From assembly GCA_965112735.1 (NCBI GenBank), contig OZ218950.1:7068001-7132000 (forward strand): a DNA stretch of 64,000 bases, given 5' to 3'. Shown in pieces: positions 62,437 to 64,000 of this stretch; within the stretch, counting starts at the first letter, position 1; each line of letters begins with the position of its first letter. The notes under the pieces were generated by a model that saw only the letters and a list, made by a program, of their open reading frames with translations, made no database searches and was not told the DNA's origin. The position numbers and the translations under genes are program-made. This DNA comes from Phaeosaccion multiseriatum. Lineage: Eukaryota > Protista > Ochrophyta, other classes.

Positions 62437-62916
62437 GAGACAGACACGTGTCTCGGCGCCGCGTCTCGACCCCGCAAGCCACCGGTTCAGTCGGGCTTCT
62501 CTTTGCTACTAGAGAGAGAAGGAGAGGCGTGTCTGAGGCTTAATTTTGGTTTCAGTTTCATGTATTAGACCTCGCCCCTGAGCTGGCCCGAAGGGAGCTT
62601 TCCGCTATTCGGCTTTTGTGTAAGAGGACGGAAATTAGGCGAATAGAATAGCCTAATCTTGTTGATAGACCAATCAATCAATAGGAAAGAGCGCTCTGTG
62701 AAAGGAGGGTAGAACAAGCTATCGCATCGCTACCCGACAAGTAGCACGCTTAGCACGCTCTCTCTCTCTCTCTTCCCCTCCTCCCTTACTGCATACGCCT
62801 TACAGACGGGGCCCTCTCCAGTCACCCTCCTTGCCTCCACAGAGCGCCTCTCACCTACCGGCCTCTTAAGCTGCAGCTGCTGGCCTCTCAGCTCCTTCTT
62901 AGCTCCTCTCCCCTCC

Positions 62917-64000
62917 TTATCGCATGATCCGGCGCGACACCCACAACATGGCCTTATCAATGCCGGCCAGCGTGAGCTCCACGCGGCTGTCGAACAGGGG
63001 ATCCTCCGTCCGACCCTTCCGTGCGTATGTGATGATGCGACGCGTCAGGTCCTCCGTGGTGATGGAGCGATCGGGGGCGTCCATCTGCTGCCATTCAGAC
63101 AAGTTGTTGATACGTTGTGTTGCAGGCAGGGTGAGAGAAAGAAGAGGGGAATTGAATGAGTGGGTGGTGTGGTGTGGTGTGGTGTGGTGTGGTGTGTGTG
63201 TATGTGCGCGCGGGGGGGTATTGTATGTGTGTGAATGGTGCCTTGAAGTGCGGCAAAAGAAAGAGCCCAGGCAAGAGGGAGGCGCGGTGCGTGGAATATC
63301 ACACCGACTGACCGGTTCATCACACCGACTGTGGAATATCACACCGACTGACCGTTTCATCACACCGACTGACCGTTTCATCTCTCTTGTCTCTCCTCCC
63401 TTCTCCCTCCTCCCTCGCCCTCTCCCTCCCAAGAAAAATTCCACGAATGACTCCTCAGATACTTGTGTCCTTCCCTCACACTACCCTTCCCTCCCCTCGC
63501 GCTCCTCGTCGCCCCCGTCCCCGCGCCCACCCTTGCTCCCCATCCCACATCACCCCCCCTCCTTCCCCTCCTCCTATGCACCCTTCCCCCCTCCCCATAC
63601 CCGCGCACCACCACAGCCGCACCTGCCGCTCCATGCCGTGATCTTTCGCTCCAAACTCAAAGTCGTGCCTCTCGTAGCGGCCCGATCTCCTCCTCACCCC
63701 GCAGGTAACCACAACGGTCTTGCCGAGGCCGAACCCAATGGACCCCTCGAGGCCCTTCCGAATGATGATGCAGGCAGGGAAGGAGGAGCCTCTGTCCGCC
63801 ATGTCGAACATTTTGTCCGTGAAGGAGGGGTGGAACGCGCTCGAGATGAGGATGCTTTTTGTGGATGAGAAGGGGGGGGAGGAGGGTGGACGGGAGAGAG
63901 AGGGAGAGAGGGAGAGAGGGAGAGGGAGGAGAGAGAGGTCATACTCCATCAGTACGCAGTACAAGTAGATGAAGAGGTAAATCCTGAATACAGCCTGACA
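62917..64000 (-). CDS. 3' part of an anthranilate phosphoribosyltransferase-like (TrpD/YbiB, glycosyl transferase family 3) protein
   Basis: Exons ~63860-63624 (ISSAFHPSFTDKM...IIIRKGLEGSI) and ~63116-62917. The FHP...KGLEG motif resembles YbiB-like proteins. The gene continues beyond the window. Confidence 0.5.
63291..63381. repeat. Intronic minisatellite, four copies of atcacaccgactg
   Basis: Directly visible tandem repeats with alternating linkers. Confidence 0.85.

Overview
Gene-dense, GC-rich eukaryotic DNA with GT-AG introns and abundant microsatellites. It is probably a stramenopile alga (inferred from protein families, not verified). About 17 protein-coding genes were assembled by eye: a giant minus-strand gene running off the left edge (pseudo-cytidine deaminase + SAM + EF-hand-like pairs + RG/WG-rich linker + at least 15 Tudor-like domains), TspO/MBR, an Sds3-like gene, an RBBP5/Swd1-like WD40 gene, AP-2 mu, an alpha/beta hydrolase, BCP1/BCCIP, a TKL-like kinase, a MAP2K-like kinase fused to a DEP domain, an FMC1/LYR-like protein, an ankyrin protein, a TrpD/YbiB-like gene and several low-complexity unknowns. 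Mobile DNA includes two different MITE families sharing TCG...CGA ends and 6-bp target duplications. A retroelement hotspot at about 32.2-35.3 kb holds two CRE-like non-LTR fragments, one inserted with a 14-bp TSD into a short tandem array. Exon boundaries are hand-derived and approximate, and no database searches were run.
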